A stretch of DNA of 47,832 bases. Origin: Thermoleophilaceae bacterium. Lineage in GTDB: Bacteria > Actinomycetota > Thermoleophilia > Solirubrobacterales > Thermoleophilaceae. Positions 27,806 to 36,762 of the stretch are shown here, one piece after another. How positions within the stretch are numbered: the first letter of the stretch is position 1; the number at the start of each line of letters is the position of its first letter. The notes under the pieces are model-generated. The model saw only the letters and a program-made list of their open reading frames with translations. It was not told the origin of the DNA and ran no database searches. The stretch is taken from NCBI GenBank assembly GCA_036259395.1, contig DATABV010000015.1, forward strand, positions 1 to 47,832. The letters run 5' to 3'. A program made the translations under genes and the position numbers.

Positions 27806-29084
27806 CCCGCTGCAGCGCGCGCCGACCGCCACGCAGCGGCGAGACGTCGAGCGGGTTGCGGCGAGCCAGCCGCGGCGGGCGCTGGTCGGCCGCGGCGAGG
27901 AAGCCGCGCAGCGGCGCCACCGCCCGCGACCAGGCATGGCGCTCCGCGGCCAGGCGCAGAGCCGGCTCGTAGTACGGCCTTCCGTTGGCGAGCACTCGCT
28001 CGATTCCTGACGCCAGCGTGTCCAGGTCGCCTGGCGCGGCGACCGCGCCGAGGTCCTCGGCGGCGATCTCGTCGGCAAGCGTGTCGCCGGAGCTGACGAC
28101 CGGCGGCAGCCGTGCCCAGAAGCAGTCGAGCAGGCGCGTGCGAAACGCGAAGCGCGTCTCGAGGTGGTCGCGGTGCGTCGAGATCGCCGCGTCTGCGGAG
28201 GCGAGCCAGTCGCCGCGCGCCGCGTAGTCGACCCACGTGTCGTTGAACAAGACAGCCGACTCCGGGAGTCCCTCGTCGAGCACAGTCGCGCGAGCGGCCG
28301 CCAGCGCCTCGCCGGCGCCGCCTGCGCTGCTGGCGCCCATGAACACGAGCCGCGCCGGGACGCCGTGCGCCCGCACGCGCGCGAGCGCGCGGATCGCCAG
28401 CGGCGCGTCGAGCCAGCTCCAGAGTCCACCGTTCCAGAGCAGGATTCGGTCGCCGCGCTCGACCTCTGGGAAGGTGGCGCGAATCGGGTCGCCGGCGGGG
28501 CGCGGTGGCGGCTCGTCCGGCACGCCGAACGGCACGACGTCGAGCACCGACCGCAGCGTCGGGTCGCGGTCGTAGACCGCTGGGGTGAGCAGGCCGAGCG
28601 CGAGCATCGCGCCGAGCCAGAGGTCGCGCTGCCGCTCACTCGCGCAGACGAAGAAGTGGCCGCTGCGCAGGGCGTCGACGAGCCGATCGGTCGCAGTGGT
28701 CGCGTGCAGGGCGCGCACGGGAGCGCTGGATAGCCGGAAGCGCTCCAGCACCTCGAGGCTCTCGGGGTCGTAGAGGTCGATCGCCAGCGGCGCGCCGCTG
28801 CGACGGACCGCTCCCAGCACATGCGGCGCCAGCGGCGGAGCCAGGACCGCGTCGGCCGAGCGCAGCAGCTGCCGAAGCGACCCGAGACGATCCGCCGACC
28901 ACGTCGTGCGCCGAACCCCGGGAATCGCCCCGCCGTCCAGCTCGCGGCCGGCGAGCGTCACCTCGACCCCGCCGGCGGCGAGCGCACGGGCGATCTCGCT
29001 GTAGCGGATGCCCATCCCGGACATCCGCTCGCCGAGCCGGTCCGGGCAGACGATCAGCAGTCGCAGGGCGCGCAACGGCGACAA
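27774..29084 (-). CDS. Glycosyltransferase, GT-B fold
   Basis: TTG 29084 was chosen, 1 nt after the flippase TAG, so that the beta1 strand LRLLIVCPDRLGERMSGMGIRY is included. An ATG further downstream would delete it. The C-domain reads RILLWNGGLWSWLD...RLVFMG...FNDTWVDYAARGDWL. The start codon is uncertain. Confidence 0.65.
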   Translation of the reverse strand: MSPLRALRLLIVCPDRLGERMSGMGIRYSEIARALAAGGVEVTLAGRELDGGAIPGVRRTTWSADRLGSLRQLLRSADAVLAPPLAPHVLGAVRRSGAPLAIDLYDPESLEVLERFRLSSAPVRALHATTATDRLVDALRSGHFFVCASERQRDLWLGAMLALGLLTPAVYDRDPTLRSVLDVVPFGVPDEPPPRPAGDPIRATFPEVERGDRILLWNGGLWSWLDAPLAIRALARVRAHGVPARLVFMGASSAGGAGEALAAARATVLDEGLPESAVLFNDTWVDYAARGDWLASADAAISTHRDHLETRFAFRTRLLDCFWARLPPVVSSGDTLADEIAAEDLGAVAAPGDLDTLASGIERVLANGRPYYEPALRLAAERHAWSRAVAPLRGFLAAADQRPPRLARRNPLDVSPLRGGRRALQRVTRAVRALRG

Positions 29085-29085
29085 C

Positions 29086-30588
29086 CTAGCCGACCGGCGC
29101 CCCGCTCGAGCGCAGCCCGCGCAGGATGTCGCGCACCTCCGGCGGGAAGCGGCCGAGCACACGCAGCACGACCAGGAAGACCATGCCGGCGATCGCCGAG
29201 TCGACGAGCGGGTGGAAGTCGGCGAACGCCCCCGCGGAATACCCGCACGCTGCCGCGACCAACGCCACCGCCAGGCTCGAGTAGGGCATCCCGGGACCGT
29301 TCGCGCGCACGAGCAGCCAGGTCGACGAGATCGCGAGCGCGAGCTCGGCGATGACAGCGGCGGCGGCGGCACCGTCGGCCTCGAATGGCGGGATCAGGAC
29401 GATCGCGAGGATCACCGCGAGCGCGAGCGACAGGCAGTTGGCGAACAGCGTCTCGCGATGCCGACGCATGCCGAGCAGCATGTAGGTCGCCGCCACGGCG
29501 ACGAAACTGGGGGCGATCGCCAGGCTCTGGATCTGCAGCACGACGACCGACGGATGCTCGGAGCTGCCGGTCAGGACCTCGACCGCGAACGGCGCCAGCA
29601 GCATCAGGCAGAGGGCGCCCAGCGCGCCTACGTAGACGCTCAGCTCGAACATCCTCCCCGCGGCGAACGCGAAGCGCTCCTTGTCCGAGCGCGCGGCGCG
29701 AGCGACGATCGGGAACGCCGATCCGATCAGCAGCAGCGGGACGGTCACCAGCACCTCCATCACGCGGAACGAGATCGCGAAGTAGCCGGTCTGCTCGGCG
29801 GTCGCGAGCAGCGTCATGATCACCAGCGTCACACGCAGATAGAGCGTGTTGACCGCGACCGCGAGCGCGAAGATCACGGTCTCGCGCAGCAGCGCGCCCC
29901 AATGGCGCGGGTTGAACGACGGCCGCAGGGTGGTCTCGTCCTTGACCAGCGCCACCGTCATCGCCAGCGCCACGATCCCGCCCGGGATCGACGCCGCGAG
30001 GAACGACACCACCCCGGCGTCGAGCAGCACGAGCGCGACGATCAGACCAGTGATCAGCACCTGGCGGATCAGCTCGATCAACGTCATCCAGCCGAAGCGC
30101 AGCCTGCTCTGAAGCACCGTGGCGAGCAACGACTGGGTGACCGCGAACAGCATGCCGAGCCCGGCCAGGAGCGCCCCCTCGGTCAGGCTCACGCCGTAGC
30201 CCGCCACGACCACGAAGCCGACGGCGAGCAGGATGCCGCCGCAGCTCAGCAGCAGCCGCAGCCCGAGCAGGTCGCGCATCGCCCGGTCGCGCTCAGCCCG
30301 GTCGGTGATCGCCGCGAGCTCGCGCAGCGCAACGGTGTTGACGCCCCCCTCGGTCAGGCCGGCGACGATCGCGACGACCGCCAGCACTGCGGAGTAGCGC
30401 CCGAACCCGGCATCGCCGAGGTGGCGAACGATCAGCGGCGCCGAGGCGAGTCCGAGCAGCAGCCCGAGGACGAAGCCGCCGGTCCGCAGCAGGCCGCCGC
30501 GCAGAGCGGCCGGTCCGGCCTCCGCCGTGCCGACGATGTCCTCAGCACCGGGACGGTCGGCGGCCGGAGCTGACTCGATCAGCGACAC
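29086..30588 (-). CDS. MOP-superfamily polysaccharide flippase (Wzx-like)
   Basis: 500 aa with GTG start preceded by a TAGCAT box 6 nt upstream. It has about 12-14 TM helices and an N-terminal LLRTGGFVLGLLLGLASAPLIVRHLGDAGFGRYSAV pattern typical of Polysacc_synt proteins. Confidence 0.8.
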   Translation of the reverse strand: MSLIESAPAADRPGAEDIVGTAEAGPAALRGGLLRTGGFVLGLLLGLASAPLIVRHLGDAGFGRYSAVLAVVAIVAGLTEGGVNTVALRELAAITDRAERDRAMRDLLGLRLLLSCGGILLAVGFVVVAGYGVSLTEGALLAGLGMLFAVTQSLLATVLQSRLRFGWMTLIELIRQVLITGLIVALVLLDAGVVSFLAASIPGGIVALAMTVALVKDETTLRPSFNPRHWGALLRETVIFALAVAVNTLYLRVTLVIMTLLATAEQTGYFAISFRVMEVLVTVPLLLIGSAFPIVARAARSDKERFAFAAGRMFELSVYVGALGALCLMLLAPFAVEVLTGSSEHPSVVVLQIQSLAIAPSFVAVAATYMLLGMRRHRETLFANCLSLALAVILAIVLIPPFEADGAAAAAVIAELALAISSTWLLVRANGPGMPYSSLAVALVAAACGYSAGAFADFHPLVDSAIAGMVFLVVLRVLGRFPPEVRDILRGLRSSGAPVG

Positions 30589-30594
30589 AGCGCG

Positions 30595-30600
30595 ATGCTA
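30595..30600 (-). promoter_or_regulatory. -10-like box TAGCAT, 6 nt upstream of GTG 30588
   Basis: The minus strand reads TAGCATcgcgctGTG. Confidence 0.45.
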
Positions 30601-30655
30601 CGGACCGCATCCGGCGCACGGTCCGCCCGCCGCCCGATCGCGGCCTCCGCGCCGA

Positions 30656-30661
30656 TAGGCT
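30656..30661 (+). promoter_or_regulatory. -10-like box TAGGCT, 6 nt upstream of ATG 30668
   Basis: The sequence is TAGGCTcgcccgATG, with no SD sequence. Confidence 0.45.
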
Positions 30662-30667
30662 CGCCCG

Positions 30668-31513
30668 ATGACGGCGGCCCCGACGTGCTGGCTCTGCGAC
30701 GCGCCGACCAGCCCCTGTGCCGCGCTCGCGCCGCTGCCGTTCCGGTCCTGTGAGCGCTGCGGCTTCGTCTTTCGACCGGACCTCTCCGAGACCGCCCGCG
30801 CGATCTACGAGGACTCCGCCTACGAGGGGACCCATGGAGAGATCTACACCAGCCCCGAGTACATGCGCGCACGCGACAGCGACGCCGCGGTCAGGCTGCG
30901 CTTCCTACGCGGCCACGCCCAAGGTGGCGACCTGCTCGACGTCGGCGCCTCGGCCGGCAACTTCACGGCCGCCGCGGCGCGCGCCGGCTTTCGCGCGCGC
31001 GGCGTCGAGCCGACCCCGGGCTTCGCCCGTGTCGCGCGCGAGCTGCTGGGGACCGACGTCGCGACGGGCACGATCGAGGACCTCGACCTGCCCGAGCGCT
31101 CGCTCGACGTCGTGACGATGTGGCACGTGCTGGAGCACATCCCCCACCCGACGCGCGAGCTGCGCCGCATCCGCGCGGCGCTGCGCCCGTCCGGCGTGCT
31201 GGCGATCGAGGTGCCGAACGCGGGCGGCGTGGCGGCGCGGACCGACGGCACGGCGTGGGGCTCGCTGGAGCCCGACGTCCACGTCAACCAGTTCGCTCCC
31301 GAGACGCTGCGCCTGGCGCTGGAGCGGGCCGGTTTCGCGATCGCGGTGATCGAGACCGTGCCGATCACGCCGTACCTGCCGCCGCGGCGTCGCCTCGCCC
31401 CCAGGCACCTCGCGGCACGAGCGAAGGCCGCGCTGCGCGCCGGCGGCCTGCGCGGTCGTCATCCACACGCGCACGAGCTGCTGCGCGCGGTCGCGACACC
31501 GGCCGAGCGCTAG
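30668..31513 (+). CDS. SAM-dependent methyltransferase with an N-terminal CxxC...CxxC zinc-ribbon-like segment
   Basis: 281 aa. Motifs: CWLCDAP...SCERCGFVF, DLLDVGASAGNF (motif I), LDVVTMWHVLEHIPHP, LRPSGVLAIEVPN. Confidence 0.8.
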   Translation: MTAAPTCWLCDAPTSPCAALAPLPFRSCERCGFVFRPDLSETARAIYEDSAYEGTHGEIYTSPEYMRARDSDAAVRLRFLRGHAQGGDLLDVGASAGNFTAAAARAGFRARGVEPTPGFARVARELLGTDVATGTIEDLDLPERSLDVVTMWHVLEHIPHPTRELRRIRAALRPSGVLAIEVPNAGGVAARTDGTAWGSLEPDVHVNQFAPETLRLALERAGFAIAVIETVPITPYLPPRRRLAPRHLAARAKAALRAGGLRGRHPHAHELLRAVATPAER

Positions 31514-32631
31514 CCCGCCAGCGCTCGCTCGTAGACGGCCAGCGTGGCCGACGCCGTCGCCTCCCAGTCGAAGCGGCCCGCCTGTGCCGGGCCGTCCCTG
31601 CGCAGCCGCGCCCGCAGCGGCTCGTCCTTCAGGAGGCGGACGATCGCCGCGCCGATCGCCGCGCCGTCCTCGGGATCGAAGGTCAGCGCGGCATCGCCCG
31701 CGACCTCCGGCAGCGACGAGCGGTTTGAGCAGGCGACCGGCACGCCACGCCGCATCGCCTCGAGAACCGGCAGCCCGAAGCCCTCGTAGAGCGATGGGAA
31801 CACGAACGCGGTGGCGGCAGCGTAGAGACCCTCGAGGTCGGCCTGGTCGACCCAGTCGGGGAACCGGACCTGGTCGCTGGTCCCGAGGTAGGCGGCGCGC
31901 CCGATCAGGTCGGCCTCGTGCGGGGTGCTGTAGCCGGGCAGCACGAGCATAGGCCGCTCGGCCGCGCCGATCTTCGCGTGCGCCTCGAGCAGCCGCATCA
32001 GGTTCTTGTGCGGCCGCTTGGCCGATGCGGTCAGCAGGATCGGCCGGTCGCCGAGGTCCAGCTTGGCCCGCAGCTCGGGCTCCGGTGTCGGTGCGACCGC
32101 CGGCTGCTGGCCGACTCCGAGCGGGACCACGTCGATCTTTGCGCGCGGAACGCCCAGGTGGCGCTCGACGTCGACGGCGGTCGACGCGGCGTCGACGATC
32201 ACCCGCTGCGACCGCCGCGCGGCCGCTGGCACGAGCACCCCCATCCCGAGGCGCAGCAACCCGAAGTGGGCCTCGGGCACCATCTTGTAGTTGAGGTCGT
32301 GGACTGTCGTGACGCGCTTGAAGCGGCCCCACACCGGCGCGGTCGACGCAAGGCTGTGGACGAGGTCGCAGCCGGCGCGAGCGGCCATCCGCGGCAGATG
32401 CCGCTGCTCGCCCCAGACCCACTGGAAGCGACTGCGCGCGTCGACCGGCACGGTCTCGTGCGGAATCGCATGCCATGGCCCCGGCTCGCCCGCGGCGGCC
32501 TCGCGGTTGACGAAGGCGGTCAGCCGCAGTCCCTCGACCGCGGCCAATCGCGGGATCAGCTCGCGTGCGTAGACCTCCATGCCCCCGGTTTCCCCAGGCA
32601 CGAGGTAGACGAGGTTGAGACCGACGTGCAA
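31510..32631 (-). CDS. Family 4 (GT-B) glycosyltransferase
   Basis: TTG start, 373 aa. Motifs: VGLNLVYLVPGETGGMEVYAREL, ILLTASAKRPHKNL, FVFPSLYEGFGLPVLEAMRRGVPVACS. Confidence 0.9.
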   Translation of the reverse strand: MHVGLNLVYLVPGETGGMEVYARELIPRLAAVEGLRLTAFVNREAAAGEPGPWHAIPHETVPVDARSRFQWVWGEQRHLPRMAARAGCDLVHSLASTAPVWGRFKRVTTVHDLNYKMVPEAHFGLLRLGMGVLVPAAARRSQRVIVDAASTAVDVERHLGVPRAKIDVVPLGVGQQPAVAPTPEPELRAKLDLGDRPILLTASAKRPHKNLMRLLEAHAKIGAAERPMLVLPGYSTPHEADLIGRAAYLGTSDQVRFPDWVDQADLEGLYAAATAFVFPSLYEGFGLPVLEAMRRGVPVACSNRSSLPEVAGDAALTFDPEDGAAIGAAIVRLLKDEPLRARLRRDGPAQAGRFDWEATASATLAVYERALAG

Positions 32632-32646
32632 GCTGGCGGGCGTCGG

Positions 32647-33843
32647 CTAGCCCGCGGCGCGGGCAGAGTCCTGGCGCCGCAACCCCAGGATCGACAGCAG
32701 GAACGACGAGAAGACGATCTGGATGCCGACGATCATCAGCGTCGCGGCCATCACCGCCAGGCGGGTCTCGGACAGCTCGCCGAAGCCGCGGTCGATCCAG
32801 GTGACGGCGATCACCGCCGCGATGGCGAAGCCGCCGAGCAGGATCCCGCCGCCGAGCAGCAGCCCGTGCTCGAGCCGGAAACGGCGGCGCATGCGGTCGA
32901 ACCAGGGGTCCTGGTCGCCCATGAAGTAGGTCCCGTAGGCGTGCGCGCAGAGCCCGAGCGCGAGCACCTGGGTCCCGACGATCATCAGCAGCGCGCCGGC
33001 GATCAGCGCGTGGACGTCCCACTCGCGGCCGAAGAGGTTGATGTCGGCGAGCACCGTGAGCGCGACCAGCGTGCCGAGCGCGGCCATCGCCGTCCCCGGG
33101 ATCACGAACAGCCAGGTCGGGCTGTGGACGAGCAGGAAGCGCAGGTGGCGCCAGCCGTCGCGGAAGCTCGAGAGCTTCGACTCGCCGCCGCGCGGGTGGT
33201 ACTCGATCGGGATCTGGCGGATGTCGAGGTCGCGCTTGGAGGCGCGGATCACCATCTCCGAGGCGAACTCCATCCCGGTCGTGCGCAGGTCGAGCGTCGG
33301 CAGCACGTCGCGGCGCAGCGCCCGCATGCCGCAGTGGGCGTCCTTGACGCCGGTGCGGAAGAAGGTGTTGAGGATCCCGGTCAGCACCGGGTTGCCGACG
33401 TAGCGGTGCAGCCACGGCATCGCGCCCGGGTGGATGTTGTCCATCCGGTCGCCGATCACCATCTGCGCGCCCTCGTCGAGCTTGGCGACGAACGCCGGGA
33501 TGTCCTCGAAGTCGTAGGTCAGGTCGGCGTCGAGCATCACGACGTAGTCGCCGGTGGCGGCGGCGAGGCCGGCGAGGTAGGCGCTGCCGTAGCCGCGCCG
33601 CGGCTCGTGGATCACTCGCGCGCCGGCCTTGGCGGCCAGCTCCGGGCTGCCATCCTCCGACGCGTTGTCGGCGACGACGACCTCGCCCGGGATGTCGTGC
33701 TCGGCAAGCACAGCCAGCGCGCGCTCGACGCACGTCTCGATGTTCTCGGCCTCGTTGAGGCACGGGATGACCACCGACACCGACGCGCGGCCCGACTGCG
33801 AGTCGCCCCCTGCGGGGCGAGGAGTGGTCTCGATCGTGCTCAC
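32647..33843 (-). CDS. Membrane-anchored family 2 glycosyltransferase (polyprenyl-phosphate sugar synthase-like, second copy)
   Basis: GTG 33843 lies inside the 779-aa track ORF. Motifs: VSVVIPCLNEAENI, VVVADNASEDGS, VVMLDADLTYD, GMRALRRDV. Four C-terminal TM helices follow. Confidence 0.85.
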   Translation of the reverse strand: MSTIETTPRPAGGDSQSGRASVSVVIPCLNEAENIETCVERALAVLAEHDIPGEVVVADNASEDGSPELAAKAGARVIHEPRRGYGSAYLAGLAAATGDYVVMLDADLTYDFEDIPAFVAKLDEGAQMVIGDRMDNIHPGAMPWLHRYVGNPVLTGILNTFFRTGVKDAHCGMRALRRDVLPTLDLRTTGMEFASEMVIRASKRDLDIRQIPIEYHPRGGESKLSSFRDGWRHLRFLLVHSPTWLFVIPGTAMAALGTLVALTVLADINLFGREWDVHALIAGALLMIVGTQVLALGLCAHAYGTYFMGDQDPWFDRMRRRFRLEHGLLLGGGILLGGFAIAAVIAVTWIDRGFGELSETRLAVMAATLMIVGIQIVFSSFLLSILGLRRQDSARAAG

Positions 33844-33854
33844 CCTGCGCCGCT

Positions 33855-33860
33855 TAGGGT
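33855..33860 (+). promoter_or_regulatory. -10-like box TAGGGT, 7 nt upstream of ATG 33868
   Basis: The sequence is TAGGGTaccggccATG, inside a 24-nt divergent gap. Confidence 0.45.
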
Positions 33861-33867
33861 ACCGGCC

Positions 33868-35022
33868 ATGCGCGTCTGCGTCGTCTACGACTGCCTGTTC
33901 CCGCACACCGTCGGCGGCGCCGAGCGCTGGTACCGCGAGCTGGCGCTCCAGCTGGCGGCGGACGGGCACGCCGTCACCTACCTCACGCGCAAGCAGTGGG
34001 ACGACGGGGACTCGCCGCAGCTGCCCGGCGTCCGCGTGATCCCCGTGTCGCCGGGCGGACCGCTCTACACCGCGGACGGCCGGCGGACGATCGGGCCGCC
34101 GCTGCGCTTCGGGCTCGGCGTGCTCAGGCACCTGCTGCGCAACCGCCGCAGTTACGACGCCGTCCACCTCTGCTCGTTCCCCTACTTCTCGCTGCTCGCC
34201 GCGCGGCTGGCGCTCGCCGGGACTCCCGCCCGGATCGGCGTCGACTGGTTCGAGGTCTGGACGCTCGACTATTGGCGCGGCTACCTCGGCCGGATCGGCG
34301 GCCGGATCGGCTGGCTCGTGCAGCGGCTCTGCGCGCGGCTGACGCCGCAGGCGTTCGTGTTCTCGCGAGTGCACGCCGAGCGGCTGCTCGGCGAGGGCCT
34401 GCGCCGGCCGGCGCTGCGGCTCGCCGGCCTCTACCGCGGACCGCTCGAACCCGCAGCGGCGGGCGGCGAGCGGGCACCGCTGGTCGTCTTCGCCGGCCGT
34501 CACATCCCGGAGAAGCGCGCCGAGGTGGTGCCGGCCGCGGTGGCCGCCGCACGGAAGCAGGTGCCGGGACTGCGCGGCCTCGTGCTCGGCGACGGCCCCG
34601 AGCGCGAGCGGGTCCTCGCGGCGATCGCCGCAGCGGGCGTCGAGGACGTGGTCGAGGCGCCCGGCTTCGTGAGCGGCGAGGACGTGTCGGAGGCCTTCGC
34701 GCGCGCCACCTGCATGCTGCTGCCGTCGTCGCGCGAGGGTTACGGGATGGTGGTGATCGAGGCCGCGGCGCTCGGCACGCCCAGCGTCGTCGTCGCCGGC
34801 GCCGACAACGCCGCCGCGGAGCTGATCGAGGAGGACGTAAACGGCTTCGTGGCGCCCGCGACCGAGCCGCGAGCGCTGGCGACCGCGATCGTCGCATGCC
34901 ACGCCGGCGGAGCCGAGCTGCGCGAGCGCACCGCCGCATGGTTCGCGCGCCGCGCTCCGGAGCTGACCGTCGACGCGTCCGCGCACGCGGTGGCGCGCTG
35001 GTACGCGACGGCCGCGCGCTAG
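33868..35022 (+). CDS. Family 4 (GT-B) glycosyltransferase
   Basis: ATG 33868 lies inside the 1034-aa track ORF. Motifs: MRVCVVYDCLFPHTVGGAERWY, LVVFAGRHIPEKR, MLLPSSREGYGMVVIEAAALGTPSVV. Confidence 0.85.
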   Translation: MRVCVVYDCLFPHTVGGAERWYRELALQLAADGHAVTYLTRKQWDDGDSPQLPGVRVIPVSPGGPLYTADGRRTIGPPLRFGLGVLRHLLRNRRSYDAVHLCSFPYFSLLAARLALAGTPARIGVDWFEVWTLDYWRGYLGRIGGRIGWLVQRLCARLTPQAFVFSRVHAERLLGEGLRRPALRLAGLYRGPLEPAAAGGERAPLVVFAGRHIPEKRAEVVPAAVAAARKQVPGLRGLVLGDGPERERVLAAIAAAGVEDVVEAPGFVSGEDVSEAFARATCMLLPSSREGYGMVVIEAAALGTPSVVVAGADNAAAELIEEDVNGFVAPATEPRALATAIVACHAGGAELRERTAAWFARRAPELTVDASAHAVARWYATAAR

Positions 35023-35723
35023 CGCGCCCGAGCGGGTATGCCCATCACCGTCGTGCCGGCCTCGACGTCCCGGGTCACCACCGCGCCGGCCCCCACGACG
35101 GCCTCGGCGCCGACCACGATGCCGGGCAGCAGAATCGCCCCGGCGCCGATCACCGCGCCAGGCTGGATCGTCGGTCCGGCCAACCGAGTGTCCCCACTCA
35201 GCTCCTCGGTCGGCGTGTTGTCATTGGCCATCGCGACCATCGTCGAGACGAACGCCCCATCGCCGATCGTCGTGCGACCGGTGACATGAGTGTTGTCCAT
35301 GATTTTCACGTCATCACCGATCGTGACCTCGTAGTTGAGCGTCACGCAGCGTGACACGATGCAGCGGGCGCCGATGCGGGCCCCCTCCCGGATCGACGCG
35401 CCGTCGCCGACCAGCGTCCCCGGCCCGATCTGGACGTCGTAGTAGATGGCCGCCCCAACGCCGATCGAGCAGTCGTCGCCGACGACCAGTTCACGCGCAA
35501 ACGACGGGGCGCGCGCGGTCGCGCCGGCGCCCTTCGGCTCGCGACCTACGACAGCGCCCGGGAACACTTCGACGCGGGCGCCGAGCGTCGCGCCGGGGCC
35601 CACCACGGAGTGGGAGTGCAGGACGCACTCCTCCCCGATCCGCGCCCCGTCGCCGACGACGGCGAACGGATCGACGCGGCACGACGGACTGACCTCGCCT
35701 GCGATCGCGGGCGTCGCGCTCAT
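35019..35723 (-). CDS. Hexapeptide-repeat (left-handed beta-helix) acyl/acetyltransferase
   Basis: ATG 35723 lies inside the 293-aa track ORF. Imperfect hexapeptide repeats run throughout (VVGDGARIGEECVLHSHSVVGPGATLGARVEVFPGAVVG...IGDDVKIMDNTHVTGRTTIGDGAFV...[22 protein letters not shown]). Confidence 0.8.
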   Translation of the reverse strand: MSATPAIAGEVSPSCRVDPFAVVGDGARIGEECVLHSHSVVGPGATLGARVEVFPGAVVGREPKGAGATARAPSFARELVVGDDCSIGVGAAIYYDVQIGPGTLVGDGASIREGARIGARCIVSRCVTLNYEVTIGDDVKIMDNTHVTGRTTIGDGAFVSTMVAMANDNTPTEELSGDTRLAGPTIQPGAVIGAGAILLPGIVVGAEAVVGAGAVVTRDVEAGTTVMGIPARAR

Positions 35724-35787
35724 ACTTTCCACACGGGCAGCATGACCGACTCGGCAGCCGGACCGGCGGCGAAGCGTTCGCACCGGC

Positions 35788-36750
35788 TCACGAGGGCGCG
35801 GACGCCGCCGCCGCGACGTGCTCGCGGTACCACTCGATCGTCCGTCGCAGCCCGTCCTCGAAGTCGGTCGAGGCGGTGAAGCCGAGCAGCTCGCGGGCAC
35901 GGCTCGTGTCCAGGCTCCGGCGCGGCTGCCCGTCGGGCTTGCTGGTGTCCCAGACCAGCTCTCCCTCGAAGCCGGTCAGCCGTGCGATCGTCTCGGTCAG
36001 CTCGCGGATCGTGATCTCGCGCGCCGCGCCGATGTTGATCGGGTCGGGACCGTCGTGGCGGCGCGCCGCCGCGACGATCGCCTCGGCGCAGTCGTCGACG
36101 TAGAGGAACTCGCGCGACGCACTGCCGGTGCCCCAGCAGACGACCTCGCCGCGGCCGGCTACACGCGCCTCCTCGCACTTGCGGATCAGCGCCGGGATGA
36201 CGTGGCTGGACTCGAGGTCGAAGTCGTCGCCGGGGCCGTAGAGGTTGACCGGCATCAGGTAGGCGCTCTGCAGGCCGTACTGCTGGCGGTAGGCCTGAAG
36301 CATCACGAGCAGCGCCTTCTTCGCGATCCCGTACGGAGCGTTGGTCTCCTCGGGGAAGCCGTTCCAGAGGTCGTCCTCGACGAACGGCACCGGCGTGTGC
36401 TTCGGGTACGAGCAGACGGTGCCGACCTGGACGAACTTCTCGGCGCCGCGGTGGCGCGCCTCCTCGATCAGGTGCAGCCCCATCGCCATGTTGGCGTAGA
36501 AGAAGCGGCCGGGGTTGTCGCGGTTGGCGCCGATCCCGCCGACCTCGGCGGCCAGGTGGACGACCGTCTCCGGACGGCCGTCCTCGTAGGCGCGCGCGAC
36601 GGCGGCGGCGTCGGTCAGGTCGTAGTCCGCGCGCCGCGGCACGAAGACCTCCGCCGCTCCGGCGGCGATCAAGCGCTCGCGCACCTGCGCGCCGAGGAAC
36701 CCCGAGCCCCCGGTGAGCATCACCCGCTTTCCTGTCACGCCGTCGGCCAC
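35788..36750 (-). CDS. fcl: GDP-L-fucose synthase (GDP-4-keto-6-deoxy-D-mannose 3,5-epimerase/4-reductase)
   Basis: 320 aa. Motifs: [100 protein letters not shown]. Confidence 0.9.
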   Translation of the reverse strand: MADGVTGKRVMLTGGSGFLGAQVRERLIAAGAAEVFVPRRADYDLTDAAAVARAYEDGRPETVVHLAAEVGGIGANRDNPGRFFYANMAMGLHLIEEARHRGAEKFVQVGTVCSYPKHTPVPFVEDDLWNGFPEETNAPYGIAKKALLVMLQAYRQQYGLQSAYLMPVNLYGPGDDFDLESSHVIPALIRKCEEARVAGRGEVVCWGTGSASREFLYVDDCAEAIVAAARRHDGPDPINIGAAREITIRELTETIARLTGFEGELVWDTSKPDGQPRRSLDTSRARELLGFTASTDFEDGLRRTIEWYREHVAAAASAPS

Positions 36751-36762
36751 AGTCTGAGCAGG

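Noticed and set aside
30905-33763. A 952-aa minus-strand ORF
   Set aside because: It has the same Arg/Pro-rich shadow-frame composition. It overlaps a methyltransferase, a GT4 and a membrane GT2 that have convincing motifs in other frames.
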